This document shows positions 33,848-45,295 of a stretch of DNA of 64,000 nt, piece by piece. A program made the position numbers and the translations under genes. This stretch comes from Histomonas meleagridis 2922-C6/04-290x (taxonomy: Eukaryota; Protista; Parabasalia). Position 1 is the first letter of the stretch, and every line of letters starts with the position of its first letter. The DNA is taken from positions 136,971-200,970 of the forward strand of contig JAANOX010000159.1 in assembly GCA_020184695.1 (NCBI GenBank). Direction: 5' to 3'. The notes beneath the pieces were generated by a model. That model was not told where the DNA came from. It was given only the letters and a program-made list of their open reading frames with translations, and did no database searches.

Positions 33848-36106
33848 TTAATTTACAGGAAATTCGACTGGTATAATAGAGTTTGAAAGTGTAATTGTAG
33901 GGTTATAGTTCTTTTTCATATTTGGATAAATTATTGTCATTATTTGATGTTGAAGTGATTCTAAAGTTTCTTTTTCTTTTTCGTCAAAAGAAGTTACTGA
34001 ATAAAGAGATGAAAGTGCATCCAAAATCCCAATATAACATTCTTCTTCTTCATCCCAATTCACATTTGTAGAAAGTTGATATAAGAACAAAGGCAAAGCA
34101 TTATAACTTGGAACATAACCATTTAAAGCTAAAGGAAGTGAATAAAGTTTTCCTTCATGAATTGAAATGGAAAAATAATCCGATAATAGTGGCGCTCTTG
34201 TTTCTAATTGTTTTACAAGTTCTTCATCATTTTCATTTCCACTTGTAATAATTTGAAGTGTTTCTAATATTGGAATTGGTGGATTAAATCTATATTGCGG
34301 AAGATTAGCAAACATATTTAAGAATTGTTGATAAAAGAAATCTTTAAGAAGTGCGTAAAGATTTATCATATATAATGATTTCCCACTTTGAAGTAATAAT
34401 ATTCGTAATCCAATGAAACCTGTGAACGTTGAATCATGAAAGAATCGCTTAAGTCCTTCATCAAAATCAAGTGAAACTTTTTCTCGAAGGTTTTTAACAC
34501 TTGAAAGTTGAACTGTTCGAAATGCTCGTTGAATAACAGTCTTAGCACCACCTGTGAGGACTTGTTCAATAGTTTGCGTATGTGGATCTAATGGAATTTT
34601 AGGTTTAATTGGTTCATATTTAAGGTCACTAAATAAACTAGATTTTGTTATTGTTGATTTTTGTGATTTTGCTTTTTTGGGTGATTGTGAATACATTACT
34701 TTTGGAATAATTTCTTCTGACTTTGTTTCTGCTTCATCATCTTCTATAAAATCCTCATTATTTGGTTCGGTTTTATTTGGTGAAGGAGGCATACTACTAA
34801 GAGGACTTTCATTTGATGAAATATTTGCATTTTCATAATCATTTTGAATTGGAGAATGCATCGTTATATTAAAATCATTTCCATTATTATGTTCATAACT
34901 CTCATTATCATTTTTAATGAAACTTTCATTTGTGTTTTCGTGATAATTTTCAATATTTTGATCTTGAATTTCATTGTGATTATTATTAATTTCTGCATCT
35001 TCTTGGAAATCTAAAATAGATTTTTGTCCTTTTGGTATTTGCTGTGACGAATATTTTTGTGATCTTCTTTGTGTATTTAACATTTCTACTTCTCTAACAT
35101 TTGATCTACTTTCTAGTTCTTCCTTAACTCTTTTACAAATTGAATCAACGATTTCTTTTTCATTTAGAAATCGAACTTCTTTTTTCGATGGATGAATATT
35201 TACATCTACTTCATTAGATGGTAAATTTAATACGATAAAGAAAAATCCATGTAAACCTTTCGCTAGAACATCATTATAAACTAATTCTAATCCTCTTTTT
35301 ATTTGTTTACAGGAAACAAGTCTTCCATTTATAAAAATAGCAGAAGTATTTGGTGCTCGTGCATTACCTGGATGACTTAAAAATGCTTCAACATCAACTT
35401 TTGAATCAATTCCAAATGAAACACTAAAAAATGCACCTTCATCTTCAATACAATATAAATTACGAATAACATTTTCAAATGTGGAGTTTCCATATGTTTT
35501 AACAAGTTCTTTTCCATTAGATGAAAAGCCAAATGCTATATACGGATAAACTATTGCATAACATCGAATCATTTGTGCTATCTTTTTAACTTCAACTGAA
35601 TTCTTTGGATGTGAATTAAGTCTAATACTATTATTATAGAATAAATCACGTACTTCAATAACAGTTCCATCTGTAGCATGTATCTGCTCAATTGGTTCTG
35701 ATAATTCACCATCAAGATAATGTGCAATAAAACCTGTTTCAGAATTTTCTGTTTTTGTTATGATTGAAAGATGTGAACAACACGTCATCGAAAAAAGAGC
35801 TTCACCTCTAAATCCGAACGTTTGTATTTTCGATAAATCTGAAAAATCTCTGAGCTTGGAAGTAGTATGTCTTCGACATGCAAGAGGAAGTTCAGATTCT
35901 CTAATACCACATCCATTATCTGCGACTGAAATTAATGTATAACCTCCATTTTGTACTTTAATTGTGATTGAATCAGAACCAGCATCAATTGCATTTTCAA
36001 GTAATTCTTTAACAACATTAAGAGGTTGATGAATTACTTCTCCAGCTGCAATTCTTTGAATAACATCGTCATCAAGTTTAAGGATTTTTGGAGATTCTTC
36101 TTCCAT
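33848..36106 (-). CDS. MLH1: DNA mismatch repair protein MLH1 (MutL family)
   Basis: IQRIAAGEVI, KELLENAIDAG, DNGCGI, TFGFRGEAL, DVNIHPSKKEVRFL; C-terminal domain FSISIHEGKLYSLPLALNGYVP. Confidence 0.92.
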   Translation of the reverse strand: MEEESPKILKLDDDVIQRIAAGEVIHQPLNVVKELLENAIDAGSDSITIKVQNGGYTLISVADNGCGIRESELPLACRRHTTSKLRDFSDLSKIQTFGFRGEALFSMTCCSHLSIITKTENSETGFIAHYLDGELSEPIEQIHATDGTVIEVRDLFYNNSIRLNSHPKNSVEVKKIAQMIRCYAIVYPYIAFGFSSNGKELVKTYGNSTFENVIRNLYCIEDEGAFFSVSFGIDSKVDVEAFLSHPGNARAPNTSAIFINGRLVSCKQIKRGLELVYNDVLAKGLHGFFFIVLNLPSNEVDVNIHPSKKEVRFLNEKEIVDSICKRVKEELESRSNVREVEMLNTQRRSQKYSSQQIPKGQKSILDFQEDAEINNNHNEIQDQNIENYHENTNESFIKNDNESYEHNNGNDFNITMHSPIQNDYENANISSNESPLSSMPPSPNKTEPNNEDFIEDDEAETKSEEIIPKVMYSQSPKKAKSQKSTITKSSLFSDLKYEPIKPKIPLDPHTQTIEQVLTGGAKTVIQRAFRTVQLSSVKNLREKVSLDFDEGLKRFFHDSTFTGFIGLRILLLQSGKSLYMINLYALLKDFFYQQFLNMFANLPQYRFNPPIPILETLQIITSGNENDEELVKQLETRAPLLSDYFSISIHEGKLYSLPLALNGYVPSYNALPLFLYQLSTNVNWDEEEECYIGILDALSSLYSVTSFDEKEKETLESLQHQIMTIIYPNMKKNYNPTITLSNSIIPVEFPVN

Positions 36107-36224
36107 TTATTTAGGCGCCATAAATTTTTTTGTTTATCTTAAAATTGCGGGAAACTAAAGAATACTGTTTTTTGAAGAAAACCTAACAAGAAGAGAGGAA
36201 TTAAGCTAAATAAAAAATATTTAT

Positions 36225-36626
36225 TTATTCTTCCTTCTTCTTTGTTTGTCCAAGAAGAACTTTATGGATATGTGGAACAACACCTGCTGATGCAATTGTA
36301 ATATTAGAAAGAAGTTGATTTAATTCTTCATCATTACGAATTGCAAGCATAATATGACGTGGTGAAATTCTAGTCTTCTTGTTATCACGAGCTGCATTTC
36401 CTGCAAGTTCTAAAACTTCAACTGTAAGATATTCAAGAACTGCTGCCATGAAAACTGGAGCGCCTGCACCAACACGATCTCCGTAACGACCTTCACGAAG
36501 GAAACGATGAAGACGACCAACTGGGAATTGAAGTCCTGCACGACTTGATCTTGTCTTTGGATGAGCACGTTCTCCATCAACTGCTGTCTTTGTAGCTGTT
36601 TTCTTAACACCTTTCTTGGCTGGCAT
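36225..36626 (-). CDS. H2A: Histone H2A
   Basis: [19 protein letters not shown]...[29 protein letters not shown]; Inr-like TCATT upstream of the ATG. Confidence 0.98.
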   Translation of the reverse strand: MPAKKGVKKTATKTAVDGERAHPKTRSSRAGLQFPVGRLHRFLREGRYGDRVGAGAPVFMAAVLEYLTVEVLELAGNAARDNKKTRISPRHIMLAIRNDEELNQLLSNITIASAGVVPHIHKVLLGQTKKKEE

Positions 36627-36910
36627 TTTAAAAAATGAGATGAAAAATTAATACCGCCATTTTAGACAAGTTTTTTATGCATAATAATTTTTATATTCAA
36701 AAATGTATGGCTCAAATAGGCAAAAGACTGAATAATTTTGTTGCAGCTTTACAAAACGTCCCTTTGAATTTTTTCCACTTTTTGATGATGTTTTTTCAAA
36801 GTGTTCAAACTGGATAAATATAGAAAAAGTTGTTTATTCTGATCGGTAAGTTTCACAATCGCTTGTGGGAAAATGAATTTGAATACTTTACAATCAATGT
36901 TCAAAGCAAA

Positions 36911-39385
36911 ATGAGTTCGAACAACAGGACAATGCCAAAGAACATATATGATCTTGCTAGGATGTTTCCTAGTTTTGTAAGGGACGCCAATGATTTCAAA
37001 TGTGATAAGCAAATTGGCAAGGGTGGCTTTGGAGTTGTATGGGTTGGAACTGATACAAAAACTGGTCAACGAGTAGCAGTCAAAGAAATTCTTGGGAAAG
37101 CCCTTGAAGGGAACAATCTTACAAGTTACATAAGAGAAATTTATACACTATTAATTACCAATCATCCATTTATTGTTCATATGGTTGGTTTTTCAATAGA
37201 TAGGCCCTATTCTATTATCACCAAATACATGGGTGGTGGTTCACTTCGTGATCTTGTTTACTTTCAATCTAATCGAACACGTCGTCAAGTTTCACCAACA
37301 CATTTAACCTGCATTATGTTATGTATTGCCTCTGCCATGGAAGAAATTCATGACAAAGGTCTTATACATCGTGATTTAAAATCAAGTAACATCTTACTTG
37401 ATGAAAAATTATTACCAAGAATCATTGATTTTGGTATAGCTCGAACATGTAGCTCACGTATGTCCATGCGCTGTGGCACACGCGTTTATATGGCACCTGA
37501 AGTTGCATCAGGTCATGTCTATGATAACAAAGCCGATGTCTATTCCTTTGGTCTAGTTGTCTATGAGATGTGTGAAGGTCTTCCTCCATTTCGTAATTAC
37601 GATTCTGAAGGATTCTTTGATCAATTAATTAGTGCGACATGCATTTTAGAATATAGCAAAAACACACCAAAAGAACTTAAAAAGCTAATTGAACAATGCA
37701 CTAACTTCAAACCATATGACCGGCCATCATTTAGTGAGATTGTTGAAATGATTGTTTCCGGTAAAGTGGTTTTCCCAAAAACCGATAAAAAGAAAGTCCA
37801 AAAAATGTATCAAAAGATCAAAGCTGAAATGGAGAAACGCTCTGGCATACAGAAAGTTAACTCTGAGACATATATTGATGTTGAGTCATTAATTCAAAGA
37901 TTACAAGAAGACTCTAGCGAAGGTAAAACATTATCACCATCTGGATCATCACAGACATTATTTATCGAGAAATTAAGTGATCCGCATTACAACAAGTATA
38001 AGGAGACAGTGAAGAACTTATATTCGCAACTTGATCAAAAGGATTCTAAACGAAGCGAATTATTACGTGCGTTAGTTAAAGCCACACAAGATGAAACGGC
38101 CACATATAATCAATTAGAGTTTATTGTTAAATATATCCGAAAAATCCTTAAGAAATATCCCGAAGAAATCCCGGAGATAGTTAAGTTAAACTTTTATCAA
38201 CATATGCCATTAACTACACCAATACTTAAGAGCGAAGGACTAAAATTATTTACGCAATTACTTCATAAGTTTAAAGATGTAATCTCATCATCATATTCAC
38301 CACAAATCAGGAAACTTATTGAATATAATCCTCGAGCGATGTTATATTTATTATATTCTATTATCAAAGATCCTCCTGTGTTTAAAGAAGAATTTTGCCG
38401 TATTATTAATGAATATTATTTACAATCGGATATGTATTTAAAGTCGAATTTATCCTCGCAATATATAATTATTATGTATTATGTTGTTGTAAATGTTGAA
38501 GAATTTATTGATTATACGTCTAAAGATGTCTTTAATTTATTCATTAAAAATATTAATCATAATAATCAACAAACATCGAAAATGGCGATACGTTCATTAA
38601 GTTATTTATATCAAAATTACTTTAACATTGATTATGAAAACTTATTAATGAAATTATCGAATCCTTTATTAAAGAATGACATCATATCATTATTACTTCA
38701 AGCTCAAATATCAAAAGGTTCTCCACGTATAGCTGCGGCACTTGTTGAGTTAGCTAAGGAATCACAAAAAGGATTTCATATCTTAATGAATTATGTTGAC
38801 TTAAATGAATCCAATGCAATGTCTTTATTAAGTGTTAATGATTGGATGATTTATCCATTGCCAAAGATTTCGAACAACTTTAAATTAATTTTATTAATAG
38901 TATTATATCCACAAGTTCGTGCTACAATACCACAACTTAATAATTTACCGAAATTGTTGGACTTGTTAATACAATCAAATAATGTCTTCATATTAAGTTC
39001 AATGACGACTTTGTTAAGAAGATTAAAGTTAACTCCTCAAACAATTAATATGATGAAGTTAAATGGATTCTTCCCTAAATATTTCGACGCTGTTAATAAA
39101 ATTAATGACGTATATCTATATGAAAACGCTCTGATATTGATAGATTACTTGTCCCGTATCGCAAACGCGCCCGAAATGTTGAGCTTCATCCCAATAATTA
39201 AACACGTGCTAAGAAAATACCCGAACTTGACAATATTCGCAGTGACTTTGGTGGTGGTAATGAGCGCTTGGCCTGAAAATAGGCAAACACTGAAAAATGA
39301 GTTCGGAAATTATTTCTTGGAATTAATGAAATATCCGCAGTACGCACAATACGGTAAAAAGTTCTTCAAAAACGTAGGCGGGTAA
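36911..39385 (+). CDS. TKL-family protein kinase with helical C-terminal region
   Basis: IGKGGFGVV, VAVK, HRDLKSSN, DFG, YMAPE, DVYSFG, RPSF; probable ATG at 36911. Confidence 0.9.
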   Translation: MSSNNRTMPKNIYDLARMFPSFVRDANDFKCDKQIGKGGFGVVWVGTDTKTGQRVAVKEILGKALEGNNLTSYIREIYTLLITNHPFIVHMVGFSIDRPYSIITKYMGGGSLRDLVYFQSNRTRRQVSPTHLTCIMLCIASAMEEIHDKGLIHRDLKSSNILLDEKLLPRIIDFGIARTCSSRMSMRCGTRVYMAPEVASGHVYDNKADVYSFGLVVYEMCEGLPPFRNYDSEGFFDQLISATCILEYSKNTPKELKKLIEQCTNFKPYDRPSFSEIVEMIVSGKVVFPKTDKKKVQKMYQKIKAEMEKRSGIQKVNSETYIDVESLIQRLQEDSSEGKTLSPSGSSQTLFIEKLSDPHYNKYKETVKNLYSQLDQKDSKRSELLRALVKATQDETATYNQLEFIVKYIRKILKKYPEEIPEIVKLNFYQHMPLTTPILKSEGLKLFTQLLHKFKDVISSSYSPQIRKLIEYNPRAMLYLLYSIIKDPPVFKEEFCRIINEYYLQSDMYLKSNLSSQYIIIMYYVVVNVEEFIDYTSKDVFNLFIKNINHNNQQTSKMAIRSLSYLYQNYFNIDYENLLMKLSNPLLKNDIISLLLQAQISKGSPRIAAALVELAKESQKGFHILMNYVDLNESNAMSLLSVNDWMIYPLPKISNNFKLILLIVLYPQVRATIPQLNNLPKLLDLLIQSNNVFILSSMTTLLRRLKLTPQTINMMKLNGFFPKYFDAVNKINDVYLYENALILIDYLSRIANAPEMLSFIPIIKHVLRKYPNLTIFAVTLVVVMSAWPENRQTLKNEFGNYFLELMKYPQYAQYGKKFFKNVGG

Positions 39386-39419
39386 TAATAAAAAGTGTCT
39401 GAATAAAATCTCGTTAAAG

Positions 39420-39492
39420 ATTGAACATGAAGTAATTTAACTATTTTTGTGTAACCATATTCAGCTGAACAAATAAGTTCTGTTCTAAACAT
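39420..39492 (-). pseudogene. Isolated ankyrin-repeat fragment
   Basis: RTELICSAEYGYTKIVKLL resembles the modules at 21931-22567. Confidence 0.55.
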
Positions 39493-39955
39493 TATTATAT
39501 CGTCGGTAACTTTATTGTTTTGTAGAAAGTGAAGTTTCCAAGAATTCTTGCTGATGTATTAATAATAGCACTATAGTGGACGAAAAAACCTCCATCTGCC
39601 AGAAAAAGTCCCGTCCACCAAATTTCAGCCAGTGGCAAAAAATCTCAATTGTATTGCAAAAAGTGATGTCACATTTTACTTCCATTCAATTTTAAAGTTC
39701 ACTTATTCAAATGAAAATGTTTTTTAAAACTTTTGCAAAATCAAAATAATTTTTTTGAATTTATGTTTTAATAAAAATTTCAAATCTCAACCTTAGTTAT
39801 TCTGCTATTAATTCAGGCGAAACATTTGTTTTAATCAAATCAGTACTACAGCTTTATCCAACACACACACAGCACATCTCCACTGCGCTTCGCTCGGAGT
39901 GTGATATCGCTTTTCAGGTTCAAGATCGCTTCGCTCGATAAAATAAAAAAATAAT

Positions 39956-40331
<376 letters not shown>

Positions 40332-40903
40332 TAATCTCCGCTTCCAATTTTCAGTTTCTACTCAATTTGGTACTTGGGACCAAATATTATCGGAGACTTT
40401 AAATATTATAGATATTAACACTAAATCTTTAATGTTTATGATTGGTCCCACGGTATCACAGTCCCACAGTCCCAAGCACTTCCTTTTATAAAATGTCGGA
40501 GCTCTACTTTCTACATCTATTGTGTTATTCTAATTTAACGTATAATAATAAAAACTGAGTTGAAAAGTAGAAAGTAGACTTCTGACACTTCGCTCTTCAA
40601 TACCTCTATTACTTTGGGACTTTGGTACCTATCGTTGAATATATAGAACTCAGCTTTATTTATAGTGTTAATGAACCTCCGAAAATTCTCAGGTCCCAAG
40701 TCCCAAATTCGTAAAAATCTCAAAATTGTTCTACTTTCTACTTCGGAGAGAGTAGGAAATATGTGTTCCTACTTTTTGTAAATCTTGGGGCCACATAAAA
40801 TATACACCATATCATAGTATTTCTACAAAAACACCATATAAAATTTTAAGTATATAATGCTTTTACATTAGCTGGTAAATCTTCATTACATATCAAATTT
40901 CAC

Positions 40904-41441
40904 GTGAAATCGGAGATCTCCGATAGCTTCAGCTGTCGCGGTAATATAGAATGTGATACTATTAATGGTATTGATTTCGATGAATTATCCGTGATAAGTA
41001 ATGATATATTAAATATTAACAATAAATTAAAAGGTATCACTTTTAATAAGGATTATGTCGAAACAAATGAAGAGGAAGATATTTATGAAAAATATACTAA
41101 TATTAATCAAGATTTAAAAGTTAATGGTAATATAGAATTTGATTCTGTTAATAATATACCTATTGATAACTTTTCTTTAAAATAAATCATACTCATGATC
41201 AATATTTAACGAATGATAATCTAACTGATATAAATAAGGCTTTAACAGGAATATCATATAATGAATATGGTGAATAGACTAAGATTGAAAAAAAAAATTT
41301 ATTTCTTGGTAATGATATCTCATGTAGAATATTGTCAGCAAGTCGTAATATCAATATTGATTGTAGTAAATATCCAGATGATACAAATATTTATAAAGGA
41401 TTATTTATATATGCTGAAAAAATATTCAAAATAAATAAGTA
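40904..41441 (+). pseudogene. Degenerate internally repetitive ORF, possibly mobile-element or virus derived
   Basis: GNIECDTINGIDFD ~ GNIEFDSVNNIPID and NKLKGITFN ~ NKALTGISYN; stops and frameshifts present. Confidence 0.35.
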
Positions 41442-41617
41442 AATATTTGGAAAAATTGCTTATTTTATTGATTTTTACTCATTGCTGAAAATCAATGATA
41501 ACATTAATCTTTACATTAAGGCGCTGAATTGAGCCCAAAAATTGCCAAAAATCAAGAAATAAATTAAATAAACATACTTTTTACGTGTAATCATTTTTTA
41601 TTTAAAAAAAAATCCGT

Positions 41618-42508
41618 TCAATTGGCTGGCCCAAGTTGTTGAACAATCCATGGATGTTGTCGTACATCTTCGAGCGCAATTCTCTGGGTTGGATCATGTT
41701 GTAGGAAGCGAGTAATTAAATCGCGTGCTAATGGCTTAACGAATGAAGGAAATCGAATATCAACGTTACAAATACGTCGACATGTATCCCTTTGACGATT
41801 CTCTTCGAATGGTGGTGCACCAACAAGGAATTCGTAGAGAAGAATACCAAGGCTCCAAGTATCAACACTTGCGTCATGATCTTTGCCTTCGATCATTTCG
41901 GGTGGTAAATAGTCAAGAGTACCACAAAGAGTTGTTCTCCTTGATGATGGAGCATGAACTGACCATCCGAAATCTGCAATCTTTAATTCGCCATTTAATC
42001 CAACAAGAATATTTTCTGGCTTGATATCACGATGGATTACATGCTTTGAGTGGCAATAGTTGATTGCATCACACATTTGCCATATGTAGTTGGCTGCTGT
42101 CTTTTCATCGAAGCGAATTTGATCTCGAAGAATCTTAAAAAGTTCACCACGAGCAGCATACTCGATAATGAGATAGATTCGTGTTTGATCATAAAAGTAA
42201 CCATACATACGGATGATATGTGGATGACGGAGATGTGATTGAATTTCAATTTCACGACGAAGTTGATGTTCAATTGATGCCTTTTGAAGCTGCTTCTTGT
42301 TAAGAACTTTAAGGCCAACAATGAACTTTGATTTCTTTTCTCTTGCAAGATAAACGCGTCCAAATTTTCCATTGCCTAATGGACGACCAATTTCGAAATC
42401 ATCTAATGTCCACTTATGGACTTGTGGACGATTTGATTGTGGAAGCCTCCTTGGCACTTTAGCAACCGGGCAATTTTCGTTTGGAATGTTTTCCCTCGAG
42501 CGAGACAT
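41618..42508 (-). CDS. AURK: Aurora kinase
   Basis: [70 protein letters not shown]. Confidence 0.97.
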   Translation of the reverse strand: MSRSRENIPNENCPVAKVPRRLPQSNRPQVHKWTLDDFEIGRPLGNGKFGRVYLAREKKSKFIVGLKVLNKKQLQKASIEHQLRREIEIQSHLRHPHIIRMYGYFYDQTRIYLIIEYAARGELFKILRDQIRFDEKTAANYIWQMCDAINYCHSKHVIHRDIKPENILVGLNGELKIADFGWSVHAPSSRRTTLCGTLDYLPPEMIEGKDHDASVDTWSLGILLYEFLVGAPPFEENRQRDTCRRICNVDIRFPSFVKPLARDLITRFLQHDPTQRIALEDVRQHPWIVQQLGPAN

Positions 42509-42657
42509 AAAAATGATTTTAACGTACAGATTTCTAAACGTACAGAAGAATTCAATACAGTAATGTATTGTACGTTAAACAAACGGTTAAATAATTAAAA
42601 AGTGATATGGACGATACATTGGGTGGTACTAAATTTACCGGTTTACCAATCTCAAAA

Positions 42658-42677
42658 AGTTTCACTGCAGTGAAACT
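42658..42677. repeat. Perfect 20 bp palindrome AGTTTCACTGCAGTGAAACT
   Basis: Self-complementary, checked by hand. Confidence 0.9.
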
Positions 42678-44497
42678 ATAGTTGAACAAGAACTTCCGAA
42701 AGTATATCTCCAACACCAACAATTACATCAAAGTGAAAATGACAAGGAATGAATATATGTGATAAGAAAATGTTTTTAGTAAAAAAATGTTTGTAATTAA
42801 ATGTTTTAGCAACAAAATAATACTAAATTGTTTGCGTTTAAGTAAACATTTTGAAGCTGAAGTCAATGAGAAAATGTTCGAAATTACAAATTATTAATTT
42901 TTTGGATTTAGATGATTACATGGAAGGCTATCACTTGTGTGTGATTACATCATGAATTTAGACAATTCTATACATTATTTGCTAATATTACAAAAAGGAA
43001 CAATTTCTGGCAGAAACTTCAATTGAATAGTTTATTTATGTATGACTCGAAAACCTTTGAGTTTGTACTTAACAGATGAAGATAAAAAATTATCTGTATA
43101 ACATTAATAATAAATTCTATTTTATTCATGTTAAACTTAAAAACATTTGAAGTACCATTTATAAATATGGAAATTAAGTTACTTAAATAAATGATAAATT
43201 GCATACTTTTTTTTAATTTATCCGTTTTGCCTATGCATTAAAAAACATAGGAACTTTTTTGTAGTTGATACACTCTTTTAACTTTGTAAGTTATATGAAT
43301 ATCTTCTCCATGCTTTGGAAAAATAATATTTCTATAAAATTTATCAATCCGCTGAGATTAATCATAATATGTAGCACATTCAGTACATGAATCAATTTTT
43401 TCATGAGAAAGAAGTTTTTCAAAGATTTTTATGTGATATTTTATATGTGGTAACGGGTGCATCTCCTCTTCGGAAAATTAAGGACACAAGGTACCTTTAT
43501 AAGAGGTATATATACCTCCAAATGCATTTGGAAAAATGTTTAAATAATTTTAAATGTTATTTTTGAAACAAAATATGTTAAACAGCCAAAATATACTATG
43601 AAACATGATAATAAATTTCCAAAAAAATGAATCAAAACTCTACAAAATGTACATGGTGTATATTATAAAAATTAATTCATGAAATGTTACAAATTACTCA
43701 AAATAATTATTCGACCTGTAGTATGTACGTTTTTTTAATATTTCAATCTTTTTTTTATGATTAATTACCTAAGTTTTAAATTTCGTTTGTATCGTATTCG
43801 ATATTAATATTTAATTAATGTATGTTAAAATCTAGAATTTGTTGATTATGGGTCAAATATATAGGTTTTAAATGAACATCAAATGACGATCGCAATTTGA
43901 CTTTTTAATATGATATTTCGAAGCTTGTACAACAATAAAAATTTTTATTCAATTTATGGTTGTAAAACGCCGATAGACAATAACATCATTCAAAATCGAA
44001 AACAAAAATATCTTCGATATATGAATAATTATAAAGAAATTCATAATGTTTTTCTCATTGATTAGGAATATATTGTTTTTAAACAGGAAATAATACTTAA
44101 TAATCGATATTATTATGAATGTTAATACGATTTATAATGAAATTATGATAATAGACAGTATAAATGAAGGAATTTATTATATTTATTCTGAATATTTTTT
44201 ATATAATATGTGTTTTAAGGTACTATCCTACAACCGTGGGAAATTTGGATACTACCTTTCCAAAAAGTGGAGGTCCCATTCAATCATAATGGAGAATTTG
44301 AATCAGTTGTAATTTGCATCCGAAAATTTTCTATCAATTCGTTTCCTGTAAAAATGTCTTAATTCAATTTCATTTTGAATAATATACAAGTACCGCCATG
44401 TTATTTTTGAATGAAAATAATATTCGACAGAGATGGTGTGGAATGAATGTTGTAATATTTCATTTTCTGCTTTTTGATTTTTCTTGTTTTATGTCAA

Positions 44498-44650
44498 TTC
44501 TCACTTATATGTACTTATTTTAACTAACTGTATTCGTTCTCACTTATATGTGTTCATTTCATTGTCTAATGTTAATTCTCACTTATATGTGTTAATTCTA
44601 ATTTATTCTTATTAATTTTTTATTATATATGTTTATTCTCGCTTATATGT
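44498..44650. repeat. Four copies of the 15-mer TTCTC(A/G)CTTATATGT with variable spacers
   Basis: Copies start at 44498, 44537, 44576 and 44636 (periods 39, 39, 60). Confidence 0.85.
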
Positions 44651-45295
44651 GCTTATTATCAGCTATATGTGTTTCTTTTCATCATTTTATGTACCAACAT
44701 TTGCTCAAATCATTCAAATATTTTTCGGCTAATATATAATTTGAACGACTTTCATTTGATATAGATAATACATAGTGAACATGGGGTTTAGTTAAAAATG
44801 AATTCAAACTTATTCTAATTTCAGAAATGGAGCTCAGCTGATTAATTATTTTCAAAAAGTTCACAAATCAATGTTTACATTATTATTTCATTGAGCAATT
44901 GATTTAATTATTACCATCCAACCTCCACATAACATCGTATATTTTTTCTTTCATTTTTAATTGTCCTGATCGTCGTAAATATTAAATTACATTAAATTTT
45001 ATACTAATGAAACATAATTAATATGTAGGACATGACAATTCATGAAAATTTATATGCGAAGCAATTGATATTATTGATCAATTTATAAAATATTAATTAA
45101 GTCAAAAATGAATTTTAGTGTAACATTGATATACAATTTGTGTTGTAATACACAGACAATTGAATATTTTACAATATCGTGATTCTTGATCGTAATTTAA
45201 TTTAATATATAATAATAATTTTTTTTAATTCATTTTAATTAATGCAATGTATGATGTATGCAATGTCTATAACTTTCTATTTAATGATATCTGTT

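Noticed and set aside
44498-44670. CRISPR array
   Set aside because: 15-nt non-palindromic core, only four copies, irregular last period, eukaryotic context, no cas genes.
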